Shown piece after piece: positions 28,514-38,002 of a DNA stretch of 54,976 nt; position 1 is the stretch's first letter, and each line of letters starts with the position of its first letter. The stretch comes from a virus. Both the position numbers and the translations under genes were made by a program. The stretch is taken from positions 1-54,976 of IMG/VR virus record IMGVR_UViG_3300012117_000001; one strand, given 5' to 3'. The notes under the pieces were generated by a model that saw only the letters and a program-made list of their open reading frames with translations, ran no database searches and was not told where the DNA came from.

Positions 28514-29062
28514 ATGACTACGTTTTATACACTTGACAGATCTAATCGCTGCACAGAGCAACAAGTATTTAACCCACAGCAATTATCGATTAACTTTGGT
28601 ATAACCACCGACAACAGCGATGAACCAACTGTTATCTCTGTTTCTTCCCATGGAATGCAGTACCTGAACAAGAATATTTTTAGAGACCCTGACGGCCCGA
28701 GCACTGCCACTGAATTAATCTTCGAGTTAGTTAGAAGTCACCATTTTCCAAACAAACCGACTAGGCTCAGATGCATGTTTGTCACAGACTCCTTAGAAGA
28801 TGCACAGCATTTTAAAAATCAGTTTTGGGCTAATAGGCCATATAAGATTTTCAGCATAGAGTATGACGGTGAAGTCCACAGAGGTGATATGCGTCTTCTT
28901 AGTATTGATGGAACTATCATCGAAATTCAAAAGCGTGCTATGGCTTATTGGTGCGGAGAGACATATCCTCTACACCCTGGTTACGAACCCTATTGGGAAA
29001 CGCTCATCCCACTACCTGCACAACTTGGTCAAATCGTAGAGCAGTGGCCAAACCCTTCTTAA
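28514..29062 (+). CDS. Hypothetical protein on the opposite strand (moron-like)
   Basis: Start set to ATG 28514, with AGGAG 5 nt upstream. It is 182 aa, convergent with 29086..29946, and has no recognisable motif. Confidence 0.6.
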   Translation: MTTFYTLDRSNRCTEQQVFNPQQLSINFGITTDNSDEPTVISVSSHGMQYLNKNIFRDPDGPSTATELIFELVRSHHFPNKPTRLRCMFVTDSLEDAQHFKNQFWANRPYKIFSIEYDGEVHRGDMRLLSIDGTIIEIQKRAMAYWCGETYPLHPGYEPYWETLIPLPAQLGQIVEQWPNPS

Positions 29063-29085
29063 AGAAAAGTTTGACCACAACATCA

Positions 29086-29946
29086 TTAGAACGGAACCAT
29101 GGAGGTTGCGCTCGAATCGGTGCCAGTTGCTGTTACAGCTGCTTGCCGTGCCAGTTCAGCTTCCATAGCTGCATCTACATCAGCTTGGCTTACTTCAGCC
29201 TCAGCAGATTCTTGCGCATCGTTCTGCGCCGGTGCAGTGCCAGATTCACCCAGCAATGCTGCTAGTTTTGACTTGTAGAATTCTGGGCCAGACTTGATAC
29301 GTTCTTGAGGGCACCACTGGTTACCGAATGGAAGTTTCTTAAAGATCTCTACATCCGGGTTATCCATATCGAAGAAGACCGGAACATTCACCAATGGTGG
29401 TGCAGTTTTCTTATCTTTCCCCTTCATTGCAGCGAAAGCTGAGACTTTATTCACCATCTTCCCAGCATTTTTCCCAGACTTGCTCATCTGTTGAATGAGG
29501 TTGATAGTCAGTGGTTCTGACAATAGTTCTTTCAGTTCTTTTGCAGGGTGACCAACAATTCCTTGTTCAGGATTTGCCAAGACTTCAAATGCATCTACAG
29601 ACTGCATTAATTTAAAGATATGAGAACGTTCACCCATGAAGCCATCAGGATTATAAGTGAACTCGAAATCAAACCAACGTGGTTTATCTTTCAGTGCCGC
29701 TGGGACCATTTCATCATCTTCTTGCACCATCTTAATAGAGCCATCTGCATTTACTTCACACATGAATTCATCAAGCAGTTCAAACTTCATAATAAGTTTA
29801 CATGCTGGATTTGGGTATTGACCGCTACCAGGTTGTAAACCTAAATCAATGATTTGAACAATACGTGCAGAATATCCACCAGCATCTAACAATGGTGCAG
29901 CAGAAGCTACGTTATTTGATTGTTTTGTTGCAGCTACAAAAGCCAT
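29086..29946 (-). CDS. Possible ssDNA-binding/annealing protein (T7 gp2.5-like position)
   Basis: 286 aa between the FEN and DNA polymerase genes. The C-terminal third is acidic and ends SMVPF. The assignment is weak and positional. Confidence 0.3.
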   Translation of the reverse strand: MAFVAATKQSNNVASAAPLLDAGGYSARIVQIIDLGLQPGSGQYPNPACKLIMKFELLDEFMCEVNADGSIKMVQEDDEMVPAALKDKPRWFDFEFTYNPDGFMGERSHIFKLMQSVDAFEVLANPEQGIVGHPAKELKELLSEPLTINLIQQMSKSGKNAGKMVNKVSAFAAMKGKDKKTAPPLVNVPVFFDMDNPDVEIFKKLPFGNQWCPQERIKSGPEFYKSKLAALLGESGTAPAQNDAQESAEAEVSQADVDAAMEAELARQAAVTATGTDSSATSMVPF

Positions 29947-30036
29947 GATAAATCTCCTTAACTCTAATCGGCACTAATATATTTCCGATTGGGTACATTT
30001 TTATTAATAGAATTTTTATAACTTCAAAATGAAGTA

Positions 30037-31974
30037 TTAGTGAATTGCGGAATAGTTTTTACCGTATTGAACATCACAAGCTATTTCACGATTCATTTTT
30101 AGGGTTGCATTGGTACGAGCCATTGACTCTTCCATAATCCCATTCCAAATATCCTGAGTACCTTTTAAGATAATCAGTATTAATTCGTCATGGAATTGGC
30201 CGGAAAGTTTCGGGTCACGGTTATAACGTTCATTGCAAATAGCAATAACGTTGTTACACCAAATATCAAAGATATAACTACCGGAACCTTGACAGAGGGT
30301 TGAGAAACGGTCTTTCTCGTAACGAAGGGAGTACCAGAAGTTATTAATCGGGTTAAGCTGCCACATTTGACCATCAATTGTTTTAACGGTTGTATTTGCT
30401 GCAATCTCTTTTATTGACCAATTTAACTTCCAATATGCTTTATGGAGTTGCTCACCAATTGCTAGTGCTACACCAGCGGCACGAGCTACTGTTGGAGGCA
30501 TAGCACCATATTGACACGAATAGTTCGTGGCTTTCCCGTAGCTACGTTGAGTTGAGTACTTTTGAACACCAGCTTTATGGTCAGCAACTTGCAATGGGGT
30601 CAACATTCCACCCATTAGACAGATCTCTAAATGTGGGTCGAAGTCTGCTGACATCTGTTTCTTCACATACTCTGGGTCATACGGCCATTGGTAGTGGTGT
30701 TTAACACGGTCTTCTAATGAACATAAGTCACTGCCAAGTAGTTCGTAACCGTCTTCACAGGTAAGTAGGCCACGCAGTTCTTTCCCGTAAACAACTCGAA
30801 GAGAAGGAAGGTTAACCAACTCACGATGTTTGAGTCGCAGTGTGTTAGTCAGACCTTGGCAGCGTGCTGTCAGGTAACCATCAACATGGTTTGCAAGGAA
30901 CCCTTTGCAGATACTTGAACGATGCTTGAGTACTCCATAACCAATTAAATGCTCAATGCCTACGCCAGGATTCTTCTTAGCCAGTTTGTACAATGAAGGG
31001 CAGATGTCTGGGTTATCATCTTCATCTTTTACTGAAATCTGAGGGATTTTCTTCATTTCGTTCGTTTCTTTATTACGAACAAACTTAAAGGTTTCAGGTT
31101 CCCAACCCAGACTGAATAGCCAATCTTTAATCTGACCTGGAGAGTTCGGATTCCCAATTTCGTAACCCGTAATCATTGATACGGCTAAATTAGTATCATT
31201 GAAATCTAATTTATTCTGGTCACAAATTACTTTCCACTCCATACCTGCTTTGGAAAGACTCCCATTTTGCTTAAAACATTTCGCAGGTCTGTTCTTAATT
31301 TTCTTATTAGCAATCTTTGGCATAGCATGGCTTAGCTCGCTATGCTTCTCGGTAACTTTTTCGTCAATTTCTGCTTTTAATTTAATGCACCCTTCTACAT
31401 CCAACTTCCAGCGCGTATTCTGTTGTATACGGAGCTGATTTGCTTTGGACATTAGATATTCGATGAATCGCATTACTTCAGAATGACTTTTATAAATTGT
31501 CATTAATTGACGATATTGCTTTTGCCATAACTTTATTTGGATTCGGCAGTCTTGCATTACACGATGGTTATATTCCTCTTGAGTGAGCGATTCCCAATCA
31601 GCGATTGGCGGTTTTGGAACTCCAAACTCCTCACCGTACTCTTCAAGACCATGCTTAACTCTGCGTGGTTCTAAGTACCAAGAAAGAAACAAGGTATCAA
31701 TAACTCTGATTTTTGAAACATCATAGCCGAGTAGCTCCAATGCTTGCTTATCAAAAGGAATACCATTGTGCATTATTAAAACTGGGCTTGAATTAAGAAA
31801 TGACTGTATCTTGTCCCTTTCAGTTCCTTCAAATAGGACTTCATTCAATAACTCAGCATTGATTAAACCTAAATTGTGGAGGCGTGGATTTGGCTGCTTA
31901 CGCATTGCATCAAGCAGCCCTGTTGTTTCAATATCCGCTGCCCACAAATTTTCTAATAGTGGGTACTTATTCAT
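30037..31974 (-). CDS. Family A DNA polymerase with 3'-5' exonuclease
   Basis: 645 aa. Exonuclease motifs are DIETTGL and HNGIPFDKQAL. Polymerase motifs are A LLGSDLCSLEDRV, B RSYGKATNYSCQYG and C FHDELIL. Confidence 0.9.
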   Translation of the reverse strand: MNKYPLLENLWAADIETTGLLDAMRKQPNPRLHNLGLINAELLNEVLFEGTERDKIQSFLNSSPVLIMHNGIPFDKQALELLGYDVSKIRVIDTLFLSWYLEPRRVKHGLEEYGEEFGVPKPPIADWESLTQEEYNHRVMQDCRIQIKLWQKQYRQLMTIYKSHSEVMRFIEYLMSKANQLRIQQNTRWKLDVEGCIKLKAEIDEKVTEKHSELSHAMPKIANKKIKNRPAKCFKQNGSLSKAGMEWKVICDQNKLDFNDTNLAVSMITGYEIGNPNSPGQIKDWLFSLGWEPETFKFVRNKETNEMKKIPQISVKDEDDNPDICPSLYKLAKKNPGVGIEHLIGYGVLKHRSSICKGFLANHVDGYLTARCQGLTNTLRLKHRELVNLPSLRVVYGKELRGLLTCEDGYELLGSDLCSLEDRVKHHYQWPYDPEYVKKQMSADFDPHLEICLMGGMLTPLQVADHKAGVQKYSTQRSYGKATNYSCQYGAMPPTVARAAGVALAIGEQLHKAYWKLNWSIKEIAANTTVKTIDGQMWQLNPINNFWYSLRYEKDRFSTLCQGSGSYIFDIWCNNVIAICNERYNRDPKLSGQFHDELILIILKGTQDIWNGIMEESMARTNATLKMNREIACDVQYGKNYSAIH

Positions 31975-33696
31975 TTATGCAGTCTTTTTATCTTTGTACA
32001 TCTCATCGTCCCAACTTCTTTGCAGGAGTCGTCCCGTTGATGTTTCGAAATAAGTCTTAAAGACGTCGGTTGTCCCATATTTCCGAGCTTTCAAACCTCG
32101 AATATAAGAACATGATGGGTCGATAGCTTGTTTGTTACGTTCGAAACCAAAGATGAAGTCAGCATATCGTTCAAGTGCTTTACTACCAGTAAGTTGAGTG
32201 GTCAGAACCCTGCCACCATTTTCATGTTGACGGCTGCCTTTCTCTGGAGCATTGAGGTGACTTAGTACGATAACTTCGAAGTCATAGTCCTTCATGAGTT
32301 TATCTAGGTCAGAGATGACACTACCGATAAAATCATTACGTTCTGAGGAACTCATCCCCTCCGTCAACTTGGTGAGGTTATCGAGGATAAATACATCAAT
32401 CTCATCGCCAATGGTTCGGATGGAAGATTTCATTCCCTCCCAGGTGGTGTGTGCATCACCGGAGCTTCCCCTATCCCAGAGATATAAATAGTCGTCTAAC
32501 CAATCGACAGTCTCAAAGAACTTTTCTTCGTCATATTCATGGCCTGGGATGTGGTACAACTCACTATCCACCTTTCCAGCAATCTGACGGACATGATCTT
32601 CTTCCTGACCTTCCATTAAAGCTGCGTAAGTCTTCCAACCATGCTCACGAGCATTATGTGCAATAAGCTCATATGCAATGGTCGTCTTACCACCGCCTGT
32701 TGCGCCACCTAAACCAATAATCTCTTGCTTACGTTGACCAAAGGTCATAGTTGTAAGAGCAGACCAAGGCCAACTTAAGCCCGGCTTTGGAGGTTCTTTG
32801 ATTCTTTGCTTCAATGTTGAGACACGAAGGATTCCAGATGGAAGTGGTTTAGCAGCACGCCAAAGTACAGCTTCTTGAGTTTGCTTAAGGAGTCCACGTT
32901 TTAGACAATCATTTGCATCGTTAGCTGGGAGTATGACTACATGGGCGTTTGGGAATAGACGGCACGCTTCTTTTGCTGCCCTCTTTCCTGGCTCATCATT
33001 ATCAAAAGCAATGACAACCTTTTCCCAACGTTGATTAATCTCATCCAGCTTCGGTCCTAATGTTTTCTGAACCGTTTCTACACCATCTGTTAGTGAGATA
33101 ACTGCAAAGTTCAAATCTGCGTATTTTGTGCCTTGATTCATCAGCTTTAAGATCTGAGTTAATGCGATTGCATCTTCCTCACCCTCAGTGATGTATAAGG
33201 TTGAACCGCCAGCAAGCTTTGCACGTTCCCAGCCATATGGGTCGTTATTTTGAGTGTCACCAACAGACCACATTGGTTGCTTCTTACTTAGAAGTTTGAT
33301 TTTCCAACGAACAACTTTCCCATCTCTGGTGAATGGGTGTGCAATTGCGTTTGGTGTAACACCATCAAATTGTGATAATAGTTTTCGGACTCCAAAATAT
33401 TGCCACCAGTCTGGCTCGATACTCCGATGTTCAAAATCAACCCTCTGACAAGTCATGATGTCATTAATTTCTTCCTGAATTTCTTCTTCAGTTTTGACTT
33501 TCACATCTTTTGGGTCAGGAGGGTTATCTCCATATGGGTCAAGGACAAGTTTGGAGCAAGCGAAACAGAAACCGCTAAAGTGTTTGCGGCCATCAGGTTC
33601 TTCATTCAACCAAACCTGTAATGATTGACCTGTGGTTGAAAGACATTTACTCCCATCTGAGGGGATGTGTTCAATCTTTTCAATGCAATGCTTCAT
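31975..33696 (-). CDS. Bifunctional primase-helicase (T7 gp4-like)
   Basis: 573 aa. It has an N-terminal Cys-rich zinc motif and TOPRIM motifs (ITEGEEDAIAL, AFDNDEPGKRAA). The helicase half has Walker A GGATGGGKTT and Walker B VFILDNL. Confidence 0.9.
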   Translation of the reverse strand: MKHCIEKIEHIPSDGSKCLSTTGQSLQVWLNEEPDGRKHFSGFCFACSKLVLDPYGDNPPDPKDVKVKTEEEIQEEINDIMTCQRVDFEHRSIEPDWWQYFGVRKLLSQFDGVTPNAIAHPFTRDGKVVRWKIKLLSKKQPMWSVGDTQNNDPYGWERAKLAGGSTLYITEGEEDAIALTQILKLMNQGTKYADLNFAVISLTDGVETVQKTLGPKLDEINQRWEKVVIAFDNDEPGKRAAKEACRLFPNAHVVILPANDANDCLKRGLLKQTQEAVLWRAAKPLPSGILRVSTLKQRIKEPPKPGLSWPWSALTTMTFGQRKQEIIGLGGATGGGKTTIAYELIAHNAREHGWKTYAALMEGQEEDHVRQIAGKVDSELYHIPGHEYDEEKFFETVDWLDDYLYLWDRGSSGDAHTTWEGMKSSIRTIGDEIDVFILDNLTKLTEGMSSSERNDFIGSVISDLDKLMKDYDFEVIVLSHLNAPEKGSRQHENGGRVLTTQLTGSKALERYADFIFGFERNKQAIDPSCSYIRGLKARKYGTTDVFKTYFETSTGRLLQRSWDDEMYKDKKTA

Positions 33697-33757
33697 TACG
33701 GTTCCTTTATTATATTTATTAGATTCTCCTAATCGAAGAAATTACTAATTCCACTGA

Positions 33758-33766
33758 CAATTAATG
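33758..33766 (-). promoter_or_regulatory. Variant motif copy upstream of primase-helicase
   Basis: CATTAATTG-TCAGTGG has one mismatch in the core and keeps the downstream GTGG. It lies 62 nt upstream of the ATG at 33696. Confidence 0.4.
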
Positions 33767-33871
33767 TTGATTAAGAAAGAAGAATTAAGAATTTCCTGGA
33801 TGACAGGCAGCGCAAGTTCCCCAAGTAAGCTGTAACTTACGATTGGGTTAAAAATCTCTTTTGATTATATC

Positions 33872-33895
33872 TGAGGCTGCTATGTCACAGCCTCA
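33872..33895 (-). terminator. Stem-loop after the 83-aa gene
   Basis: TGAGGCTG-ctatgtca-CAGCCTCA lies 9 nt after the stop at 33904. No U tract. Confidence 0.35.
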
Positions 33896-33903
33896 ATACT
33901 TAG

Positions 33904-34155
33904 TTACGCTTGTAGAGCTTTCCTGCGACTGTTCTCGTCATTTATACCTGCAATGACAACATCAGAATCCCTCGCCCAACTGTAAATAAGGTCTTGCTCC
34001 CGTTGTATTTCATCCATTTCTTCTTCAAGAAGATGAATTACACTTTCTTGCGACTTCATGGTCAACATACATTTATTAATTCGAAAACATTGCATAATCA
34101 TTAATACAGCAAGCAAGGCAATTTCTAAAGTCAACAAAGTTGTATCACTAATCAT
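33904..34155 (-). CDS. Small membrane protein
   Basis: 83 aa with an N-terminal hydrophobic helix LLTLEIALLAVLMIMQCF. It overlaps the thyX-like stop by 8 nt. Confidence 0.6.
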   Translation of the reverse strand: MISDTTLLTLEIALLAVLMIMQCFRINKCMLTMKSQESVIHLLEEEMDEIQREQDLIYSWARDSDVVIAGINDENSRRKALQA

Positions 34156-34828
34156 GTTTGATTGTACCTTTCAGAGCTTCCCAACTAATTGGGAAATACT
34201 GTTTCATCAACATATCAACCTTTGAAGCAAAGATTTGAGCTTCATGCTGGGCATGTTCTGTTGTCCGTTGTTTGAATAAACTAAACCACCCGTACAGGCT
34301 GCCTGTCCAAACCCATTCTGTTACCATGTTTTGTGGCAGAACAAACCGTGCTTGTTCCGGTGCCACACCTCTGGAGAGTAAGTCTGAATATTGCTGCACA
34401 GCAGCGCGGCTGGCGGCTTTTATGAGGTCAATAGTACCAATGCATTCCTCTGGCTCCCACGCGCTGTCAGAGCCACTGTGGAGATCTGAGGGACGCTTGC
34501 GTAATGTTGATGGAATATAAATTTCCACATCACCATCCTTATACCGGCGGGATTTCTCATTCCAGCTAAAGCCTGATTGGTGCTTACTGAGCTGCCGTGC
34601 AATCGCTATAGGCGCTTTACATCGCAAGGTAATAGTAGGGTGACGGAAAGGTGTAACATGCCCTTCACGGGCCAGGAATTTGATTAAACGAGTGTCACTT
34701 TCTGCTAATTCTAGGTGATTCACTCCCATTGTCACACGGGCTGCATTAACTACGTGCAGGTCATCACCAAGAACACCAATTACTTCAGCGGATATTGCTT
34801 CAAGTTCGTTAAGATGGCGTACTTCCAT
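34148..34828 (-). CDS. thyX: ThyX-like flavin-dependent thymidylate synthase homologue with altered signature
   Basis: Collinear with ThyX: NAARV, GHVTPFRH, KAPIAIARQL, S..EKSRRY, ARFVLPQN, HAQHEAQ. The canonical RHR signature reads KHQ here. ATG 34828 was preferred over TTG 34858. Confidence 0.7.
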   Translation of the reverse strand: MEVRHLNELEAISAEVIGVLGDDLHVVNAARVTMGVNHLELAESDTRLIKFLAREGHVTPFRHPTITLRCKAPIAIARQLSKHQSGFSWNEKSRRYKDGDVEIYIPSTLRKRPSDLHSGSDSAWEPEECIGTIDLIKAASRAAVQQYSDLLSRGVAPEQARFVLPQNMVTEWVWTGSLYGWFSLFKQRTTEHAQHEAQIFASKVDMLMKQYFPISWEALKGTIKHD

Positions 34829-34835
34829 GTGTGAC

Positions 34836-35162
34836 TTATTCCCCAAAGATTTTATCAAGGATATAAATTACTTGTTCACGTTCTTCACGAATTACATCTT
34901 CTAAAGTTTTCTTGCCTTCAGAATTTTCAACTTTTTGTGTTGCAGTTTGGAGGATGGCTTTAATATATTTAACTCCACCAAGAGCAACCATGCGATTAAC
35001 ATTCTGGACACCAAAAATATCAGTCATCAGATTGTAAAATTCTTGTGGAACACTACCAACCATCAGGCCATTGATGTACTCCATAATTGTCACGACAGTT
35101 GCAATGCTTGGAGTGTCTTTAATAGTTGCTCCGTTATGCAAGGTTTCTAAAGCTTCAGACAT
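34836..35162 (-). CDS. Hypothetical protein
   Basis: The ORF spans 34836..35219. ATG 35162 is preferred because GAGATAAAGAA lies upstream of it. The 35219 ATG lacks an SD and abuts a large hairpin. Confidence 0.5.
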   Translation of the reverse strand: MSEALETLHNGATIKDTPSIATVVTIMEYINGLMVGSVPQEFYNLMTDIFGVQNVNRMVALGGVKYIKAILQTATQKVENSEGKKTLEDVIREEREQVIYILDKIFGE

Positions 35163-35231
35163 TTCTTTATCTCTTATTTTTATAAAAAGGTGCCAACTTT
35201 GATTGAACAAAGCCAGCATATATATTAATAT

Positions 35232-35300
35232 TTAATTGCATAAGGCGTGACAAGACGGGGCGTCTATCCAGAATTTTGGTGTTGCGCCTTATGCAATTAA
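35232..35300. repeat. Perfect 16-bp inverted repeat with nested hairpin
   Basis: The arms are TTAATTGCATAAGGCG (35232-35247) and CGCCTTATGCAATTAA (35285-35300). They enclose a small GACG-ggg-CGTC hairpin. Confidence 0.8.
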
Positions 35301-35416
35301 TTTTAATGGGTGAAACACTTTGGGAATTATGGAATTTCCATCTTCTGTGTTATCCGCTCGTCAGCAGCACATTGCTCTCCCACATCTTGAGCTACAAAGT
35401 GTTTCATTTTCTTTAC

Positions 35417-37273
35417 TCAGCCATGACCATGTTTCACACGGCTAATAACTTCGTTTTGTTTGCCAGAAATAAATGGCCGTGCATTCGGAGCACCTAAATA
35501 CCCACACACACGTCTTGTTACTTGTAATGTTCCTGAATGGTTCCCACAACAAGGGCATTCAAATCCATTCTCAGTGGCTATAGTTTCACCTGCGTAATCA
35601 CATTCGCCACAATAATCAACGGGAGTATTAATCCCAAAGTAATGGACATGCTTCGCTGCATAGTTGATTACAAATTCGAGTGTATCAATCTTCCCTTTCA
35701 TGTTTGGTAATTCAACATAGGAGATACATCCGCCGGTGGCGATTTTGGTGAATGGCTTCTCGTAGTCAAATTTTGACGTAGGGCTTACTTGCCTGTTTAC
35801 ATCAAGATGATGGGAGTTGGTGTAGTAACCTTTATCTGTCACTTTATTAACACCGAAAGTAGCTGAATCTAAACGGCAGAAACGGTCACATAAGCTTTCA
35901 CTTGGTGTTGCATACAAGGCATAGCCCAGATGAGTTTCAGCCTTCTTCTCATCAGTACGCTGATGGAGGTATGTGAGTACAGCAATCAGGAATTCGTTAA
36001 TCTCAGGAGTGTTGATATCTGGCTGGCCATCAAAGCCTGGGCGAATATCATCGAACATTGCTATAGCTAGTTCGTGAAGACCAATGTAACCAAGGGAAAC
36101 CGAAGCACGATCTTTAAAGTGCTCAAAGACATACTCATCTGGTTCAAGCCTTAAACCAAATGCACCCTCACAGTAAAGGATAGGCGCGACTTTGGCCTTA
36201 ATACCTTTCAACTTGGATACACGATACTCGAGAGCGTCGAACGCAGTGTCTGTGGTTGCCCGAAGTAACCCCCAGAACACTTCCATGTTCCCTTCTGCCA
36301 ACATACCAACTCGCGGCAGATTGATTGACACAACACCAAGGTTATTCCTGCCATCCACTTCACCACTGCTCGTTGCAGATAAGAATGAACGACAACCCAT
36401 CGGGGCTTTGAAGTCACCTGTTACCTCTACTACACGGTCGTAGCTCAGATAATCGGGGTACATTCGTTTGGCAGTGCATCGCATTGCGAGTTGCTTGATA
36501 TCGTAATTAATATCACCAGCCTGCATATTCACACCTTCTCTAAGGGTGAATACTAATTTAGGGAATACAGCTGTGCGCCGATAACGTCCCAGTCCATCCA
36601 TCCGAACTTTCAAGATTTCCTCTTGGATAAGACGAGATTCCCAATCTGTGCCAAGGCCAAAACCTATAGTGACGAACGGCGTCTGACCGTTAGCTGTGTG
36701 TAACGTATTCAGTTCATACTCTAGTGCCTGAATAGCATCATGGGCTTCTTTACGCACCATCTCTGTAGCCATTACAGATGCACTAGCTTCATCGCCCTTC
36801 AGCCATTTACGGGCAAAAGCGTGATGCTTGTTATAAGATTTGCGAACATACACAGCCATAACCTCATCGAAGCGGTTAAGGCTTTGTCCACCGTATTGGT
36901 GAGAGGCAACTTGAGCTACGATCTGTGCTGTGACAGCCACGGCTGTTGAGATACTTTTTGGTGTCTCGATGTCAGCGTTACCCATCTTGAACCCATTACT
37001 TAGCATCCCCTCCAATTCGATCAAGCAGCAATTCGTCATTGCGAATGCTGTGTAATCTAAATCATGGAAATGGATGTCCCCAGAGATATGGGCAGAAGCT
37101 ACATGCTTAGGCATTTCTTGCAGTTCAAGATATTTACTAACTTCACCAGCAACCATATCCCTTTGAACCGGAATACGTTCACTCGCTTTATTAGCATTAT
37201 TGTGAAGCAGTGTGCTATCTGCACTACTGTCGATAATACCTTTGATATTATCTAATGTGTCAGACAGTTCCAT
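35417..37273 (-). CDS. nrdD: Anaerobic (class III) ribonucleoside-triphosphate reductase
   Basis: 618 aa with the C-terminal glycyl-radical motif RVCGYLG and a zinc site CGEC..CPCC. GGAG lies 5 nt before the ATG. Confidence 0.9.
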   Translation of the reverse strand: MELSDTLDNIKGIIDSSADSTLLHNNANKASERIPVQRDMVAGEVSKYLELQEMPKHVASAHISGDIHFHDLDYTAFAMTNCCLIELEGMLSNGFKMGNADIETPKSISTAVAVTAQIVAQVASHQYGGQSLNRFDEVMAVYVRKSYNKHHAFARKWLKGDEASASVMATEMVRKEAHDAIQALEYELNTLHTANGQTPFVTIGFGLGTDWESRLIQEEILKVRMDGLGRYRRTAVFPKLVFTLREGVNMQAGDINYDIKQLAMRCTAKRMYPDYLSYDRVVEVTGDFKAPMGCRSFLSATSSGEVDGRNNLGVVSINLPRVGMLAEGNMEVFWGLLRATTDTAFDALEYRVSKLKGIKAKVAPILYCEGAFGLRLEPDEYVFEHFKDRASVSLGYIGLHELAIAMFDDIRPGFDGQPDINTPEINEFLIAVLTYLHQRTDEKKAETHLGYALYATPSESLCDRFCRLDSATFGVNKVTDKGYYTNSHHLDVNRQVSPTSKFDYEKPFTKIATGGCISYVELPNMKGKIDTLEFVINYAAKHVHYFGINTPVDYCGECDYAGETIATENGFECPCCGNHSGTLQVTRRVCGYLGAPNARPFISGKQNEVISRVKHGHG

Positions 37274-37315
37274 GACACTCCTTTACATTAAGAAAGTTAC
37301 TCTATCTCCTAGTTA

Positions 37316-37342
37316 TTTAACAAAGCCAACATTCTTGTTAGC
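37316..37342 (-). terminator. Putative intrinsic terminator after the Ter cassette
   Basis: The minus-strand RNA folds as GCUAACA-agaa-UGUUGGC with one G-U pair, followed by UUUGUUAAAU. It lies 75 nt after the 46-aa ORF. Confidence 0.45.
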
Positions 37343-37416
37343 CGCATAATTACTTAATATGAGAACTCGAAAATTCCCATAGTGAATAACTATTTAAATC
37401 AGCAATTTTTAGCGTC

Positions 37417-37557
37417 TTACTTACGTTTAGCTAATGATGTTACAAATATTGCCAGCACCACACCAATACAAATACCCTCAAACAAAAGCTTAAGGGTATT
37501 GTGCATAGCGAGAGCAGCTAACAGTGCAATAACTGCGAGAGTTAGCTTTGCTTTCAT
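37417..37557 (-). CDS. 46-aa double-helix membrane peptide coupled to terB-like gene (below ORF cut-off)
   Basis: The ATG shares its A with the terB-like TGA (TGATG). The product MKAKLTLAVIALLAALAMHNTLKLLFEGICIGVVLAIFVTSLAKRK has two hydrophobic segments. Confidence 0.55.
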   Translation of the reverse strand: MKAKLTLAVIALLAALAMHNTLKLLFEGICIGVVLAIFVTSLAKRK

Positions 37558-37997
37558 CAGATGAAATCTTCCAGACGCATACCCAGAATCTGCCCAGCTT
37601 CCTTCAGAGCACGTTCTTCATGCTCATCAATAGTGCCATCACCTGCTAGCGCGATGGAGATCATATTGACGAATACTTCTGCTGAATCTGATTCATTATG
37701 GGCGATATCTTGCAGTTCTTTCTTGGCTTCAAAGCGAAGAACAGGCATACCAACCAGTTCAAATTTCTCACGATAGCGATTCAGATTCTGAGTGATTTCT
37801 GCACCAAAGTGAGCCAATTTATCATTGGTTTTGATGATTGCTTCCAAGCGCGAAATCTCTTTAGAATCGATGTCACCATCAGCTGCTGCAACCCAGATAG
37901 CACCGGCTACAATCGCTTGCATCAATTCACGATTTTCCAGTTTCTTAACAGCTGATTTTAATTCTGCTTTCTTCTTACCGAAGTTAATACCAAACAT
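37557..37997 (-). CDS. terB: TerB-family protein
   Basis: 146 aa with two TerB-type repeats (AAADGDIDSKEISRLEAII; ALAGDGTIDEHEERALKEAGQILG). It is collinear with E. coli TerB. Confidence 0.75.
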   Translation of the reverse strand: MFGINFGKKKAELKSAVKKLENRELMQAIVAGAIWVAAADGDIDSKEISRLEAIIKTNDKLAHFGAEITQNLNRYREKFELVGMPVLRFEAKKELQDIAHNESDSAEVFVNMISIALAGDGTIDEHEERALKEAGQILGMRLEDFI

Positions 37998-38002
37998 ATT
38001 AG

